Under the pieces are notes generated by a model. It was not told the origin of the DNA. It worked only from the letters and a program-made list of their open reading frames with translations, and made no database searches. DNA of 64,000 nt from Thermodesulfobacteriota bacterium (GTDB lineage Bacteria > Desulfobacterota_D > UBA1144 > Nemesobacterales > Nemesobacteraceae). The stretch spans positions 564,923 to 628,922 of the forward strand of contig OZ220700.1 in the NCBI GenBank assembly GCA_965116725.1, given 5' to 3'. Shown piece after piece: positions 27,494-39,997 of the stretch. The position numbers and the translations under genes were made by a program. The first letter of the stretch is position 1. Every line of letters begins with the position of its first letter.

Positions 27494-28075
27494 TCATTCC
27501 AGCCGAAACTCTATCGGAACCTTGACCCAGCTTGAAACCGCCTTGAAGCCCCTTTGCGCCGGGACGAATCTCCACTTTTTTACAGCCCTCAAGGCGGCAT
27601 TATCAAGAACCTTGTGACCGGAGGATTTGAAGATGGTTACTTCCTCGGGCTTTCCGTTCGGAAGCACACGCACATTAAGCAACACGCTGCCTTCGTAACC
27701 GCGTCTTATGGCAACCGCGGGATAGCCGGGTCTTGGGGTGAAGCCGTAAGAGGGTCTCGCGGTGGAATTAGCCTCTTCGGGCTGTTCCTCTGGAGCGGAT
27801 TTTTCATCCTTTTTAAGCGCCAGGGAGTCATCCCGCTTTTTCACTTTTTCTACGACTTTTTTCTCTTTCTTCTTCTCAACCTTTTTTCTCTTTACGATTT
27901 TTTTGGCGGGTGCGGGTTTTCTGAATTCAAAATGCCTGAGGGATACCTCTATATGATCGCCGTACACAGGAACGCTTCTCTGCACGACAATCTTCCCCCA
28001 AGCAAAAGATATAAGAATATGGAAAACAATTGAAAACAGTATGAATCTCTTGAGATTGTCAACCGGCCTGCCCAT
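27494..28075 (-). CDS. TonB-family energy transducer
   Basis: N-terminal TM anchor, K/E/P-rich spacer (KKVEKKKEKKVVEKVKK...EEQPEE) and a C-terminal TonB domain (GYEGSVLLNVRVLPNGKPEEVTIFKSSGH). Confidence 0.65.
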   Translation of the reverse strand: MGRPVDNLKRFILFSIVFHILISFAWGKIVVQRSVPVYGDHIEVSLRHFEFRKPAPAKKIVKRKKVEKKKEKKVVEKVKKRDDSLALKKDEKSAPEEQPEEANSTARPSYGFTPRPGYPAVAIRRGYEGSVLLNVRVLPNGKPEEVTIFKSSGHKVLDNAALRAVKKWRFVPAQRGFKAVSSWVKVPIEFRLE

Positions 28076-28084
28076 ACCAAAAGA

Positions 28085-28561
28085 TTATTCTATATTAATA
28101 ACCAGAAATTCCTTAATTCCTCCGGGAGCTCTGACCTGTATCTCGTCATCAACTCTTTTTCCGATAAGCGCGCTGCCAACCGGAGAGGTGACGGAGATAA
28201 AGCCATTTTCGGGCTCGGATTCATCCTCTCCCACAAGCTTGTACTTCTTTATGTCCCCGGAATCAATATCCTCCACCGTAACCGTAAGACCGAAAACCAC
28301 CCTGTCCCGGGCAGTGATTTTCTCGGGGTCAATTACTTCCGCACGGCCAAGGCGGTCTTCTATCTCCTGTATCCTTCCCTCTATGAACGCCTGTCTCTGC
28401 TTGGCAGTCTCGTACTCGGCGTTTTCGGAGAGGTCCCCGAGGGACCTCGCGTATTCTATAAGTTTGATTACTTCCTGTCTTTCGACGGTTTTTAACCTGT
28501 GAAGTTCGTCCCGAAGCTTTTTCCAGCCATCAGGAGTAATTAGAACTCTTTGGACACTCAT
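28085..28561 (-). CDS. greA: Transcription elongation factor GreA
   Basis: 158 aa. N-terminal coiled-coil with acidic tip (DLSENAEY). C-terminal FKBP-like domain. Confidence 0.9.
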   Translation of the reverse strand: MSVQRVLITPDGWKKLRDELHRLKTVERQEVIKLIEYARSLGDLSENAEYETAKQRQAFIEGRIQEIEDRLGRAEVIDPEKITARDRVVFGLTVTVEDIDSGDIKKYKLVGEDESEPENGFISVTSPVGSALIGKRVDDEIQVRAPGGIKEFLVINIE

Positions 28562-28599
28562 TAATATCTCCTCCTCGCCTCAACCATACCCCAGCCGTG

Positions 28600-31500
28600 T
28601 TAATAGTAGCTTTGCAGGGCCTTTACGTCGAGACCGATTCTCACCAAGGCCTCGATAGCACTGACTCCGGCGACCGCACCGGCGAGAGTGGTAAAGTAAG
28701 GAACATTGTTTACAAGCGCGGTCCTTCTTATCGAATATGACTGCGCGATCTCCTTTTTCCCGAAAGTGGTATTTATAACCAACTGCACCTCACCGTTTTT
28801 AAGGTGATCGACTATGTGGGGACGTCCCTGCTTAACCTTGTTCACCGTTCGGGAAAATATACCATTTTTATTGAGAAATTCAGATGTGCCCCCGGTAGCC
28901 ATTATATCAAAACCTATATCGCTCAGCCTCCGGGCTATATCAAGCATCTTGTCGGACTTGTCCTCGTCTTTTATGCTTATGAAGGCCACTCCGCTTGAGG
29001 GAAGGCTGTTGCCGGCCGCAATCTGGGATTTGGCAAACGCCTGGTCAAGGTCGGGAGCAATTCCCATGACCTCACCGGTGGATTTCATTTCCGGTCCCAG
29101 AATCGTATCAACTTCCGGGAACTTGACGAAAGGAAAGACCGATTCCTTTACGCAGTAGTGCTTCGGGACGATTTCCTCCGTGTAGCCGAGTTCCTCAAGA
29201 GATTTTCCGGTCATCACTTTGGTCCCTATTTTAGCCAACTGAACCCCTATGGCCTTGCTCACAAAGGGAACGGTGCGGCTTGCTCTTGGATTTACCTCGA
29301 TTATGTAGACCCTCCCGTTCTTTACGGCAAACTGGATGTTAACAAGCCCTTTTACATCCAGAGAAAGCGCAAGTTTTTTCGTCTGGGATTTTATTTCCTC
29401 GACAATTTCAGGTTCCATCGAGAACGGCGGCAGAATCGCCGCGCTGTCTCCGGAATGAACCCCCGCTTCCTCGATGTGCTCGAGCACTCCGCCCACAACA
29501 ACGGTTTCCCCGTCGCAAACTGCGTCCACATCAACTTCCTTTGCGTCCTTTAGGAACTTATCTATCAATATCGGGTGGTTCGGTGAAACGCTCGCGGCTT
29601 CCCGTATGTAAGTTCGAAGAGACTCCTCGTCGTAAACTATCTCCATGGCGCGACCGCCCAGAACGTAAGACGGGCGGACCATGACCGGATACCCTATTTC
29701 GCGGGCTATGCCAATGGCTTCCCCCTCGCTTCTTGCGGTATCGCTTTGAGGCTGGAGAAGTCCCAGATCCGAAACGAGCTTTCTGAACCTGTCTCTGTCC
29801 TCGGCAAGATCTATGCTCTCGGGGGAAGTTCCTATTATTTTCACCCCCTCCTCCTCAAGCGCGAGGGCCAGGCGGAGTGGGGTCTGGCCTCCAAGGTGAA
29901 CTATGACTCCCCATGGATCTTCCCTTCCTATAAGAGCCAAGGTGTCTTCAAGCGTAAGCGGTTCGAAATAAAGCCTGTCCGAGGTGTCGTAATCCGTGCT
30001 CACGGTCTCGGGATTGCAGTTAACCATAACAGCCTCGTACCCTTCTTCCCGGAGCGCAAAAGACGCGTGCACGCAGCAGTAGTCAAATTCTATGCCTTGA
30101 CCTATGCGGTTCGGTCCCCCGCCGAGTATCACAACTTTTTTCCTGTCCGTGGGGAGCGCTTCGCTTTCACTCTCGAAAGTCGAGTAGAGATAAGGTGTGT
30201 AAGCCTCGAATTCGGCAGCGCAGGTATCAACCATCTTAAAAGCAGGCTTAATTCCCTCGCGCAGGCGGAAATCCCTCACTTCCCCTTCTTCCGTGGAAAG
30301 AATCTTTGCGATCTCAATGTCGGAAAAACCATGGCGCTTGGCCTGAAGGATGGTCTCGCGGTTAAACCCGTCCTTCGCAATATCAGATTCGAAATCGACA
30401 ATCTGCTTTATATTTCGAAGAAACCACGGGTCCACGTGAGAGATCGAGTAGATTTCATCCAAGTCCATCCCCAGACGAAACGCGTCGGCTATGTACCAGA
30501 GACGCCGAGGGGAGGGAACCCTGAGTTCTTCCCTTACCTCTTCGGGGTCATCAGACACCTTCTCGAAACCGTAGGAATCTATCTCAAGAGATCTCATCGC
30601 CTTCTGCAGGGATTCCTTGAAAGTTCTTCCGATGGACATGGCTTCACCCACGGATTTCATCTGCGTGGTGAGATTCGGACTCGTCTGCGGGAATTTCTCA
30701 AACGCGAATCTCGGTATTTTCACCACAACGTAATCTATCGTCGGTTCAAAAGACGCGGGGGTGTACTTCGTTATATCGTTTGAGATCTCATCGAGTGAAT
30801 AGCCGACCGCAAGCTTGGCGGCTATCTTGGCGATCGGAAACCCGGTGGCTTTTGAGGCAAGGGCGGAACTTCGCGAAACCCTCGGGTTCATCTCTATTAC
30901 CATCATCCGCCCGTCTTTGGGGTTAACGGCAAACTGGATGTTAGAGCCGCCGGTTTCAACACCGATTTCCCTTATTATCGCTATGGACGCGTCGCGCATA
31001 TGCTGGTATTCCTTGTCAGTAAGAGTCTGCGCAGGAGCCACCGTTATGCTGTCTCCCGTGTGAACACCCATGGCGTCGAAATTCTCTATGGAGCAGATTA
31101 TGACGACGTTATCCATGTGGTCCCGCATTACCTCGTACTCAAATTCCTTCCACCCCACTATGGATTCCTCTATGAGTATCTCGCTTGCCGGGGAGCTTTC
31201 GATTCCCGCCTTGGCGAACTCCTGGAATTCCTCCCTGTTGTAGGCAACGCTTCCGCCGGTTCCGCCAAGGGTAAAAGAAGGTCGTATAATGACCGGAAAC
31301 CCTATCTCGTCCACAACATCCCAGGCCTCTTGCATGTTATGCGCGATACCGCTTTTCGGCACCTCAAGACCTATGTCGGCTATGGCTTTTTTGAAAAGAT
31401 CCCTGTTCTCCGCCTTTTTTATCGCGGGGATTTTAGCACCTATGAGTTCCACGCCGTGGCGCTCGAGCACGCCCGACTCGGCAAGCGAAACGGCAAGATT

Positions 31501-31788
31501 AAGGGCCGTCTGCCCGCCTATTGTGGGCAGAAGGGCGTCGGGTTTTTCCTTCTCTATTATTTTTTCCAGTATTTCGGGAACGAGCGGTTCCACGTAAGTA
31601 TTGTCGGCAAAGTCCGGGTCGGTCATTATTGTGGCCGGATTGCTGTTTACCAGAACCACCCTGTAACCTTCTTCTTTCAGCACCTTGCACGCCTGGGTGC
31701 CTGAATAGTCAAACTCGCAGGCCTGTCCTATAACTATCGGACCGGAGCCGATGACCATTATGGTTTTTATGTCAGTTCGCTTGGGCAT
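28600..31788 (-). CDS. carB: Carbamoyl-phosphate synthase large subunit
   Basis: 1062 aa. Duplicated ATP-grasp halves and a C-terminal MGS-like domain. Starts [33 protein letters not shown]. Confidence 0.95.
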   Translation of the reverse strand: MPKRTDIKTIMVIGSGPIVIGQACEFDYSGTQACKVLKEEGYRVVLVNSNPATIMTDPDFADNTYVEPLVPEILEKIIEKEKPDALLPTIGGQTALNLAVSLAESGVLERHGVELIGAKIPAIKKAENRDLFKKAIADIGLEVPKSGIAHNMQEAWDVVDEIGFPVIIRPSFTLGGTGGSVAYNREEFQEFAKAGIESSPASEILIEESIVGWKEFEYEVMRDHMDNVVIICSIENFDAMGVHTGDSITVAPAQTLTDKEYQHMRDASIAIIREIGVETGGSNIQFAVNPKDGRMMVIEMNPRVSRSSALASKATGFPIAKIAAKLAVGYSLDEISNDITKYTPASFEPTIDYVVVKIPRFAFEKFPQTSPNLTTQMKSVGEAMSIGRTFKESLQKAMRSLEIDSYGFEKVSDDPEEVREELRVPSPRRLWYIADAFRLGMDLDEIYSISHVDPWFLRNIKQIVDFESDIAKDGFNRETILQAKRHGFSDIEIAKILSTEEGEVRDFRLREGIKPAFKMVDTCAAEFEAYTPYLYSTFESESEALPTDRKKVVILGGGPNRIGQGIEFDYCCVHASFALREEGYEAVMVNCNPETVSTDYDTSDRLYFEPLTLEDTLALIGREDPWGVIVHLGGQTPLRLALALEEEGVKIIGTSPESIDLAEDRDRFRKLVSDLGLLQPQSDTARSEGEAIGIAREIGYPVMVRPSYVLGGRAMEIVYDEESLRTYIREAASVSPNHPILIDKFLKDAKEVDVDAVCDGETVVVGGVLEHIEEAGVHSGDSAAILPPFSMEPEIVEEIKSQTKKLALSLDVKGLVNIQFAVKNGRVYIIEVNPRASRTVPFVSKAIGVQLAKIGTKVMTGKSLEELGYTEEIVPKHYCVKESVFPFVKFPEVDTILGPEMKSTGEVMGIAPDLDQAFAKSQIAAGNSLPSSGVAFISIKDEDKSDKMLDIARRLSDIGFDIMATGGTSEFLNKNGIFSRTVNKVKQGRPHIVDHLKNGEVQLVINTTFGKKEIAQSYSIRRTALVNNVPYFTTLAGAVAGVSAIEALVRIGLDVKALQSYY

Positions 31789-31915
31789 GGAACGGAAGAG
31801 CTTGTAAAAGGTTGCAAATATATACTTAATAACGTCCTGACAGGCAATGATGTCGGACGTGAGATCGAATTATAATTATAAAGAACCACCCCAATCTCTT
31901 GACCTAACATAAAAC

Positions 31916-33908
<1,993 letters not shown>

Positions 33909-33915
<7 letters not shown>

Positions 33916-35186
33916 GAAATCCTGTAAACGGCTCCCCTGCGGTCATCGGATACGAGCAGTGCTCCGTCGGGGGCAACTAGAACGTCAACTGGCCTTCCCC
34001 AAGCAGTTCCGTCACTTCCAAGCCACCCATGGGCGAACACATCGTATGAAGCCGCGTTCCCCGATTCGTCGAGGCGCACTGAGGTCACCCTGTAACCTAT
34101 GGGTACGCTTCTGTTCCATGAGCCGTGCTCCGCGATGAAAATCACGTTTTTCCAAGACGCGGGGAACATGGAACCCGTATAGAACCGCATGCCGAGCGCC
34201 GCAACGTGTGCAGGAAGCTCCCACTGGGGAGGAGTAAATTCATTGCAGCCGCGCTCCGAACCGAACTGCGGATCCTGAACATCCGCCCCGTGGCAGTAAG
34301 GAAAACCGAAATGAAGTCCGGATTCCCCGGCACGGTTAAGTTCGTCCGGGGGGCTGTTATCATTAATTTGCTGGTCTCTGCTGATGTTATCCCTTCCGTT
34401 ATCCGTAAACCAAAGCACTCCAGATTCCGGATGCCAGTCAAAACCCACGGTGTTTCTCACTCCATGGGCGAAAACCTCAAGATTCGTTCCATCGGGATTG
34501 ACCCTCAGGATCGCTGCGTAGCGCTCGTCGCCCCTTTTGCAGACGTTGCACGGCGCTCCGACCGGAACATAGAGTTTTCCGTCCGGTCCGAACCGGATGA
34601 ACTTCCACCCATGATGCGTATCCCTAGGAAGCGTATCAATGATGACTACGGGGGCTGGAGGAGATGAGAGACGGCTTTCGATCCCGTCATAGCGGAGAAT
34701 CCGGCTTATTTCCGCGACATAAAGTGCCCCGTCCCGAAACGCAACACCGTTTGGAGTATTGAGGTTATTCGCAATTATATGGACGGTCTCGGCGTAGTTA
34801 TCACCGTCCGTATCGCTAAGGGCGTACACGGTTTTAGACCTAGTACCGACAAACAATGTGCCATCGGCTCCAAGGGCAAGCGAACGCGCACCGGGTACTT
34901 CGTTTGAATAAAGGGAGATCGAAAACCCCTCGGGAAGGAATATGCCCGAGAGCCTTGGGTCCACGGGAATCTCCGGGGGCGCTGTTTCCCCAGGAGTTTC
35001 AGCAGGCATTGGTTCCGAATGAGTTTCCTCGGATATCGATTCTGGTGGAACCCCAGCACGCTCGTCTGGGGCGGTTCTTTCCCCGCAGCCACAGGCAGAC
35101 AACAGAAAAATAAAAAGAGATGGAATCAGTACCCTAAAGATCTTCGGCATCAAAACCTCTGCAATATAAAAACACTCACAATCCAC
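33909..35186 (-). CDS. Lipoprotein, soluble PQQ-dependent sugar dehydrogenase (SGDH/YliI) beta-propeller family
   Basis: Likely true start at the internal Met near 35150 (MPKIFRVLIPSLFIFLLSAC, lipobox). The propeller body matches glucose/sorbosone dehydrogenase-type proteins (GFRFYTGS-type blades, conserved His and Arg context). Confidence 0.65.
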
Positions 35187-35261
35187 CGAATGTTAACCGG
35201 AACACCTTCCCATGGAAACTGGGCAAAACCGAAAGCCCTTCCCGTTCACTAAATCGAACAC

Positions 35262-36323
35262 TTGGGTAAAGTTATTACCCAGTTCATCAAAGAGGTTCGG
35301 TTTATGTCTTATCTCATTCTGGGTATTGAGACGTCATGCGACGAAACTTCCGCAGCAGTGGTAAGAGACGGAAAACAGATGCTCTCAAATGTGGTTTCCT
35401 CTCAAATCGACGTTCATAACGCCTTTGGCGGAGTCGTCCCGGAGATAGCGTCGCGCATGCACACGGAAATAATCCTCCAGGTAATCAAGCAGGCACTCGA
35501 GACTGCCGAGACTTCAGCGGGGGAAGTTGAAGCCATAGCGGTAACCCAGGGACCCGGACTCATAGGTTCGCTCATGGTCGGAATTTCGACCGCAAAGGCC
35601 CTTGCATTCTCCCATGGGAAACCCCTTGTGGGAGTAAACCATCTGGAATCGCATATAGCGGTAGCGCATCTGGAGAACGAAATTGATTTCCCGTTTGTCG
35701 CACTCATAGTTTCCGGAGGGCACACGAACCTTTACATGGTAAGGGGCTTTCTTGACTTCGAGCTGCTTGGAAGCACAAGAGACGATGCTGCGGGAGAGGC
35801 TTTTGACAAGGGAGCGAAGGCCCTCGGGCTCGGATACCCCGGAGGAGTCGAAATAGACAGGCTTTCAAAAAACGGCGACCCCGACGCCATCAGTTTTCCA
35901 AGACCGTTTAACAATGAATCCCCTGATTTCAGTTTCAGCGGGCTTAAAACCGCTCTTCTTAACCACATAAGAAAAAATCCGGTTAAAAACGAAGAGAACC
36001 TCTTTGACGTATGCGCCGGGTATCAGGAAGCCATAGTGGAAACTCTTATTGACAAGACGCTTAATGCCGCAAGGAAAAACGGAGTGGAAGGCGTTGTTTT
36101 AGCAGGCGGGGTAGCCTGCAACTCAAGGTTAAGGCAGCTAAGCGAAGAGAGAATAAGAAGCAAAGGAATAAATGTTTTTATCCCCTCGCCCGCTCTTTGC
36201 ACTGATAACGCGGCCATGATAGCCACGCTCGGTTACCACATGTACACAGATAACAGGGTGTCCGCCCTTGATATATCTCCTTATTCAACGGCTAGACGGA
36301 ACCAGAAAAATCATGTTTCGTAG
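35262..36323 (+). CDS. tsaD: tRNA N6-adenosine threonylcarbamoyltransferase TsaD
   Basis: ILGIETSCDETS N-terminus (likely true start at the Met at 35304), HMEAH-type metal site (HLESHIAVAHLE), 340-aa Kae1/YgjD architecture. Confidence 0.9.
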   Translation: MGKVITQFIKEVRFMSYLILGIETSCDETSAAVVRDGKQMLSNVVSSQIDVHNAFGGVVPEIASRMHTEIILQVIKQALETAETSAGEVEAIAVTQGPGLIGSLMVGISTAKALAFSHGKPLVGVNHLESHIAVAHLENEIDFPFVALIVSGGHTNLYMVRGFLDFELLGSTRDDAAGEAFDKGAKALGLGYPGGVEIDRLSKNGDPDAISFPRPFNNESPDFSFSGLKTALLNHIRKNPVKNEENLFDVCAGYQEAIVETLIDKTLNAARKNGVEGVVLAGGVACNSRLRQLSEERIRSKGINVFIPSPALCTDNAAMIATLGYHMYTDNRVSALDISPYSTARRNQKNHVS

Positions 36324-36613
36324 TCGACAACAACCGCATCTACAGCTATCTGCCGAACGAACTGCGCGACCTTCTGGTGCTCGGGATGCTCCTTGTAGAT
36401 ATCAAGATCTCCCTGCGATTCGAACTCTGAATAAAGAGCAATATCAAACGATGTGGGAAGCTCGTTAGAATTCCTGCCGATCTCCATTGTCTTTATCTCA
36501 GGAATGGTATCTTTGAGCCCCTCGAGTTCCTCCTTGATCCTGTCCATGAGCTCACCCTTGTCCGCCCCTTCGTGCGACTCCTTGATCTTCCACATCACTA
36601 TATGCTTGATCAC
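36311..36613 (-). CDS. Dabb-family stress-responsive dimeric alpha/beta-barrel protein, copy 1
   Basis: 100 aa. GTG start preceded by GGAGA. MIKHIVMWKIKE...EHPEHQKV...VVDYE pattern of the Dabb fold. Confidence 0.6.
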   Translation of the reverse strand: MIKHIVMWKIKESHEGADKGELMDRIKEELEGLKDTIPEIKTMEIGRNSNELPTSFDIALYSEFESQGDLDIYKEHPEHQKVAQFVRQIAVDAVVVDYET

Positions 36614-36724
36614 TTAGGTCTCCTTGGAAAAATATTCGTACCAAGCAGTATAAACCATTTTTCTGGAATTGCGAAAATCCCCCATCCTATCTAGGCAGCT
36701 ATCCGGCTTTTGACAACAGAGCAT

Positions 36725-36803
36725 ATTATGCCGATAAAAGCGGATAACAGGGTGTCTGTGCTCGACATATCCCCTTATTCAACGGCAAGGCGGACCCAAG
36801 AAA
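36725..36803 (+). pseudogene. Duplicated 3'-terminal fragment of tsaD (non-functional remnant inside the second repeat copy)
   Basis: Encodes ADNRVSVLDISPYSTARRTQENHVS, almost identical to the true TsaD C-terminus DNRVSALDISPYSTARRNQKNHVS. No upstream TsaD body. Confidence 0.45.
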
Positions 36804-36804
36804 A

Positions 36805-37149
36805 TCACGTTTCGTATTCGACAAGAGCCACATCCGTTCTTATCTGCCGGATGAACTTTCCGACCTTCACGTGCTCGGGATGCTTCAGGAAAACTTCATA
36901 ATCTTCCTTCGAGTCGAACTCAGAATAGAGAGATACATCGTACGCGACAGGAAGCTCACTAAAACTCTTGCCAAGCTCCATAGTCTTTATCTCCGGAACG
37001 GCGTTTTTCAGTACCTCTACTTTCTGTTTGAACTTGGCAATAAGCTCATCCTTGCTCATTCCTTCGTGCGAATCCTTCAGTTTCCACATCACCATACGTT
37101 TTATCACCTGAGTCTCCTTGGAAAAAGTTTCTGTAGTTCTTCCAAACAA
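36805..37149 (-). CDS. Dabb-family stress-responsive protein, copy 2 (paralogue of 36311..36613)
   Basis: The probable true start is the GTG at 37107 (VIKRMVMWKLKD), preceded by GGAGA as in copy 1. Ends VEYET (copy 1 ends VDYET). Confidence 0.6.
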   Translation of the reverse strand: MFGRTTETFSKETQVIKRMVMWKLKDSHEGMSKDELIAKFKQKVEVLKNAVPEIKTMELGKSFSELPVAYDVSLYSEFDSKEDYEVFLKHPEHVKVGKFIRQIRTDVALVEYET

Positions 37150-37261
37150 TGTAAATCGTTTTTAACAAAATTGCGAAAAAGCCCTTGATCTTGTCCGGAC
37201 GGTCAGCCGAGTTCTGGCTATAAAGTATATTATGCCAACAAAAAAGGTATGATTTGTTTTT

Positions 37262-39988
37262 ATGTGGGAAAAAAGAGAGATATTCAGCGAACTTCCGTTC
37301 GTTTCGAATTTCGAGAAAGACAAAACCGATTTCCTGCTTAAGATAGGCGAACTGATAGAAGTGCCGGAACGCTACGTTCTCACCAAACAGTTCGAACCGA
37401 GTCATTCTTTCTACTTCCTCGTAGAGGGACTAGTGAATTTTTCAATCAGCGTCGAAGACAGAACCAATGAATTCTCGGTGGGCAAGAGCGACGAAAAATT
37501 CACTCCCGTAGGCTGGTCGGGCTTCCGCTCTCCCAAACGCTACTACACAACGATCACATGCGAGAGTCCTTGCGTCTTGCTAAAGTGGAGCCACCAGAAT
37601 CTTGAAAAATTCTTTGACCAAGAACCCTTTCTGGGACGTGAATTCCTGCTTTTCGTTCTCGGCAAAAGCATAAACCTTCTAAAACATGTCAGGACCGAAC
37701 TTGCAGAATACAACAACGTCAACTGGGACATTGAAACGGGAAAAACGGGCGGTTTTTCCCAAGAAGGGAGATACATATCCGTACCTAACCCGCTTCAGCT
37801 TCTCAGGCAATCTCCTTTTTTCGAGGTTTTCCCCGACAGAACACTGCGCCAGCTGGCAAAAGCTACCCAGAAAAAATACTATCTAAACAACGAACCCATA
37901 TTCAACCAGGGAGATATCCCCAAAGGAATAGACATACTGGCTTACGGAAAGGCGGCACTGTGCTTCTCTCCCGACGGGGCGCAGGGAGGAATCGAGGAAT
38001 CCGCCGCGCTTCATCTGATTAACCTCCCCGGATATCTGGTCGGATGGATGGGCGCTGCTCCCGCCGGATCAAACGACATCACCGCTGTTGCGAGCAGAAA
38101 CTCTGTTATCTATCACATAAGCACCCGCAATCTTCATAAAATCCTGAATCAGGATCCCCACTCGGCGCTGGCGTTGGCAAGAAGACTTTTGTGGTTGGTG
38201 TCAATACGGCTTCGAAATGCCCGCGCGGGGCTCATATCGCAAAGATACGAACGAGAAATACTGGCTATAAGCAACCTTATAGAGCAGAACTCCATGCAGT
38301 TAAGCGTAAACTCTCCCATTCACAAACTCCCCCACCTGCTAAACAGCCCGCTTACGCTGGATGATGCTTTCCGGCTTCTGTTCAGGCTGGAAAAAGAAGG
38401 CGAAAGCCTTGAGAGGGAACTGTCCCGTCTCAGCCTTGATATTCTCGGAAAGATCTACAAGGAATACAACTTTTTCGAGGGACTAAAAAACGTTTATCAG
38501 TCCGTGACCGCTGCGCCCAAGTCGCTTTGTCCAAGCGAAATAAGAACCATGGCGGCCAAGCAGTTCGCTGGAGTCTTCAACAGCACTCCTTACGTAATTG
38601 AAGGCTGGGAAAACCTGCCAGATGAGCCGGGGCACATCTTCATATACAATCATCTGCTGAATCATCCCTATAACACCCTTCCCAATCATTTTCAGATTAC
38701 ACTCGATTCCCACTTCATAAGCTCGATGGTTCTTTACGCCAAGTACGGCGAGGCCGGGATCCGCGTCGTACGTGTTCCAAGGGCGGAGGAATACGGACAT
38801 GAATACTACTACGAAAGGCTCGGACACATAAATGTTTACACCGGCGAATCCGATCTCTCCCAAGGAACCCCGGAGCGGAGAAAAGCTTGGAGGAGAAAGT
38901 TCTATGAAACGGCCAAGGATCATCTGGAAAAAGGATTTAACATAGTAATAAGCCCTGAGGGAACCAGCATGACGACGGAGGAATCGCCCGGTCCGTTCAA
39001 ACTCGGCGCTTTTCTTCTGGCCGCATCCGTCTCGCCCGAACCGTATATCGTTCCCGTGGCCGTGGCGAACTTCGACAAAAGAATAAACCAGAACGTGTTC
39101 TCCCTAGTAATAAAAAAGCCCTTCAGGGTATCCGATTACGTAAAAAACCCGCAGGAGAACAAAGACAGCCTCTTTGAATTCGTCAGCAAATACGGAAACG
39201 AATACAGAAAATATGTGGAAGAGGCAGCGGGACTCGCAAGACGAGTAGAATCCACCAAGATAAACTTAAAAACCTTCGAGCAGGTCGAAAAAGAGTCCCC
39301 AGTAATCGATAAAAATCTGTTTGAACAGGATGTAAGGATCCTTGAGAGACGCCATGTGGGGAAAAAGAATGACGCGACGGTATTTTACGGCAGTTCAAGT
39401 TTCCGCCTCTGGAGGGCCATGGCAAGGAATTTCTCCGATTACAACGTCATAAATCTTGGCTTCGGAGGCGCCAGAATCACCTACTGCCTGCACTATTTCG
39501 AGCGCCTAATAAAACCGAATGACGTTAAATCCCTGGTTTTCTACGCGGGCGATAACGATATAGGGGACGGCTGCATACCAAGGCAGGTGCTGAATTTTTT
39601 TGTGGATTTTTACCACCGCTTCAGAGAATCCTACCCCCACACGAAATTTACCTTCGTCTCAATAAAACCGAGTCCCGTAAGGTTCCATTTTCTTGACAGA
39701 ATCGAGGCGTCAAACGATCTCGTAAGACAGTTCCTGTCGAGAGAACCAAATACCTTTTACCTGAATGTTTACGACCACATGCTGGATGAAAGCGGGAATA
39801 TAAGGGAGGAACTGTTCACCGAAGACGGTCTCCACATGAACAGAAAGGGATACGCACTATGGAAGGGTCTGTTTTTGGCGAACGAAAAGGAAATTTTTTA
39901 CGACCCCGGACCCGAGGAATCTGAAAGGCAGACTAAACTTCTCCCGAAAACGGAAATCCACACACAGGCACCCTCTGATCTGGCTTGA
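37262..39988 (+). CDS. Multidomain fusion: two cyclic-nucleotide-binding (CAP effector) domains + PlsC/LPLAT-type acyltransferase domain + C-terminal SGNH/GDSL hydrolase domain
   Basis: Residues ~1-150 and ~170-330 each have the CAP/CRP beta-roll layout with a C-terminal helix. Middle domain: NH-box variant (IYNHLLNHPYN), ISPEGTS (motif III F/PEGTR) and IVPVAV (motif IV). C-terminal domain: SGNH blocks I (FYGSSSF), II (NLGFGGARI), III (YAGDNDI) and V (DGLHMN). Confidence 0.65.
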   Translation: MWEKREIFSELPFVSNFEKDKTDFLLKIGELIEVPERYVLTKQFEPSHSFYFLVEGLVNFSISVEDRTNEFSVGKSDEKFTPVGWSGFRSPKRYYTTITCESPCVLLKWSHQNLEKFFDQEPFLGREFLLFVLGKSINLLKHVRTELAEYNNVNWDIETGKTGGFSQEGRYISVPNPLQLLRQSPFFEVFPDRTLRQLAKATQKKYYLNNEPIFNQGDIPKGIDILAYGKAALCFSPDGAQGGIEESAALHLINLPGYLVGWMGAAPAGSNDITAVASRNSVIYHISTRNLHKILNQDPHSALALARRLLWLVSIRLRNARAGLISQRYEREILAISNLIEQNSMQLSVNSPIHKLPHLLNSPLTLDDAFRLLFRLEKEGESLERELSRLSLDILGKIYKEYNFFEGLKNVYQSVTAAPKSLCPSEIRTMAAKQFAGVFNSTPYVIEGWENLPDEPGHIFIYNHLLNHPYNTLPNHFQITLDSHFISSMVLYAKYGEAGIRVVRVPRAEEYGHEYYYERLGHINVYTGESDLSQGTPERRKAWRRKFYETAKDHLEKGFNIVISPEGTSMTTEESPGPFKLGAFLLAASVSPEPYIVPVAVANFDKRINQNVFSLVIKKPFRVSDYVKNPQENKDSLFEFVSKYGNEYRKYVEEAAGLARRVESTKINLKTFEQVEKESPVIDKNLFEQDVRILERRHVGKKNDATVFYGSSSFRLWRAMARNFSDYNVINLGFGGARITYCLHYFERLIKPNDVKSLVFYAGDNDIGDGCIPRQVLNFFVDFYHRFRESYPHTKFTFVSIKPSPVRFHFLDRIEASNDLVRQFLSREPNTFYLNVYDHMLDESGNIREELFTEDGLHMNRKGYALWKGLFLANEKEIFYDPGPEESERQTKLLPKTEIHTQAPSDLA

Positions 39989-39997
39989 AATAGCCCC

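Larger units (their letters stand above)
36246..37240. repeat. Tandem duplication (~480-515 bp unit, two diverged copies). Each copy holds a tsaD 3'-end segment, a Dabb-family gene and its ~100-bp upstream region.
   Basis: 36246-36330 is mirrored by 36725-36810 (acagggtgtc(c/t)g...cttattcaacgg...cagaaaaatcatgtttcgtagtcgacaa vs caagaaaatcacgtttcgtattcgacaa). The encoded proteins are ~55% identical. The upstream segments also match (ggtctccttggaaaaa, ttgcgaaaa, atattatgcc). Confidence 0.6.

Noticed and set aside
29746-31704. Long plus-strand ORFs (345 aa and 234 aa) inside the carB region
   Set aside because: They are antisense to an unambiguous 1062-aa CarB reading frame. Arg/Leu/Gly-rich low-complexity translations typical of shadow ORFs.
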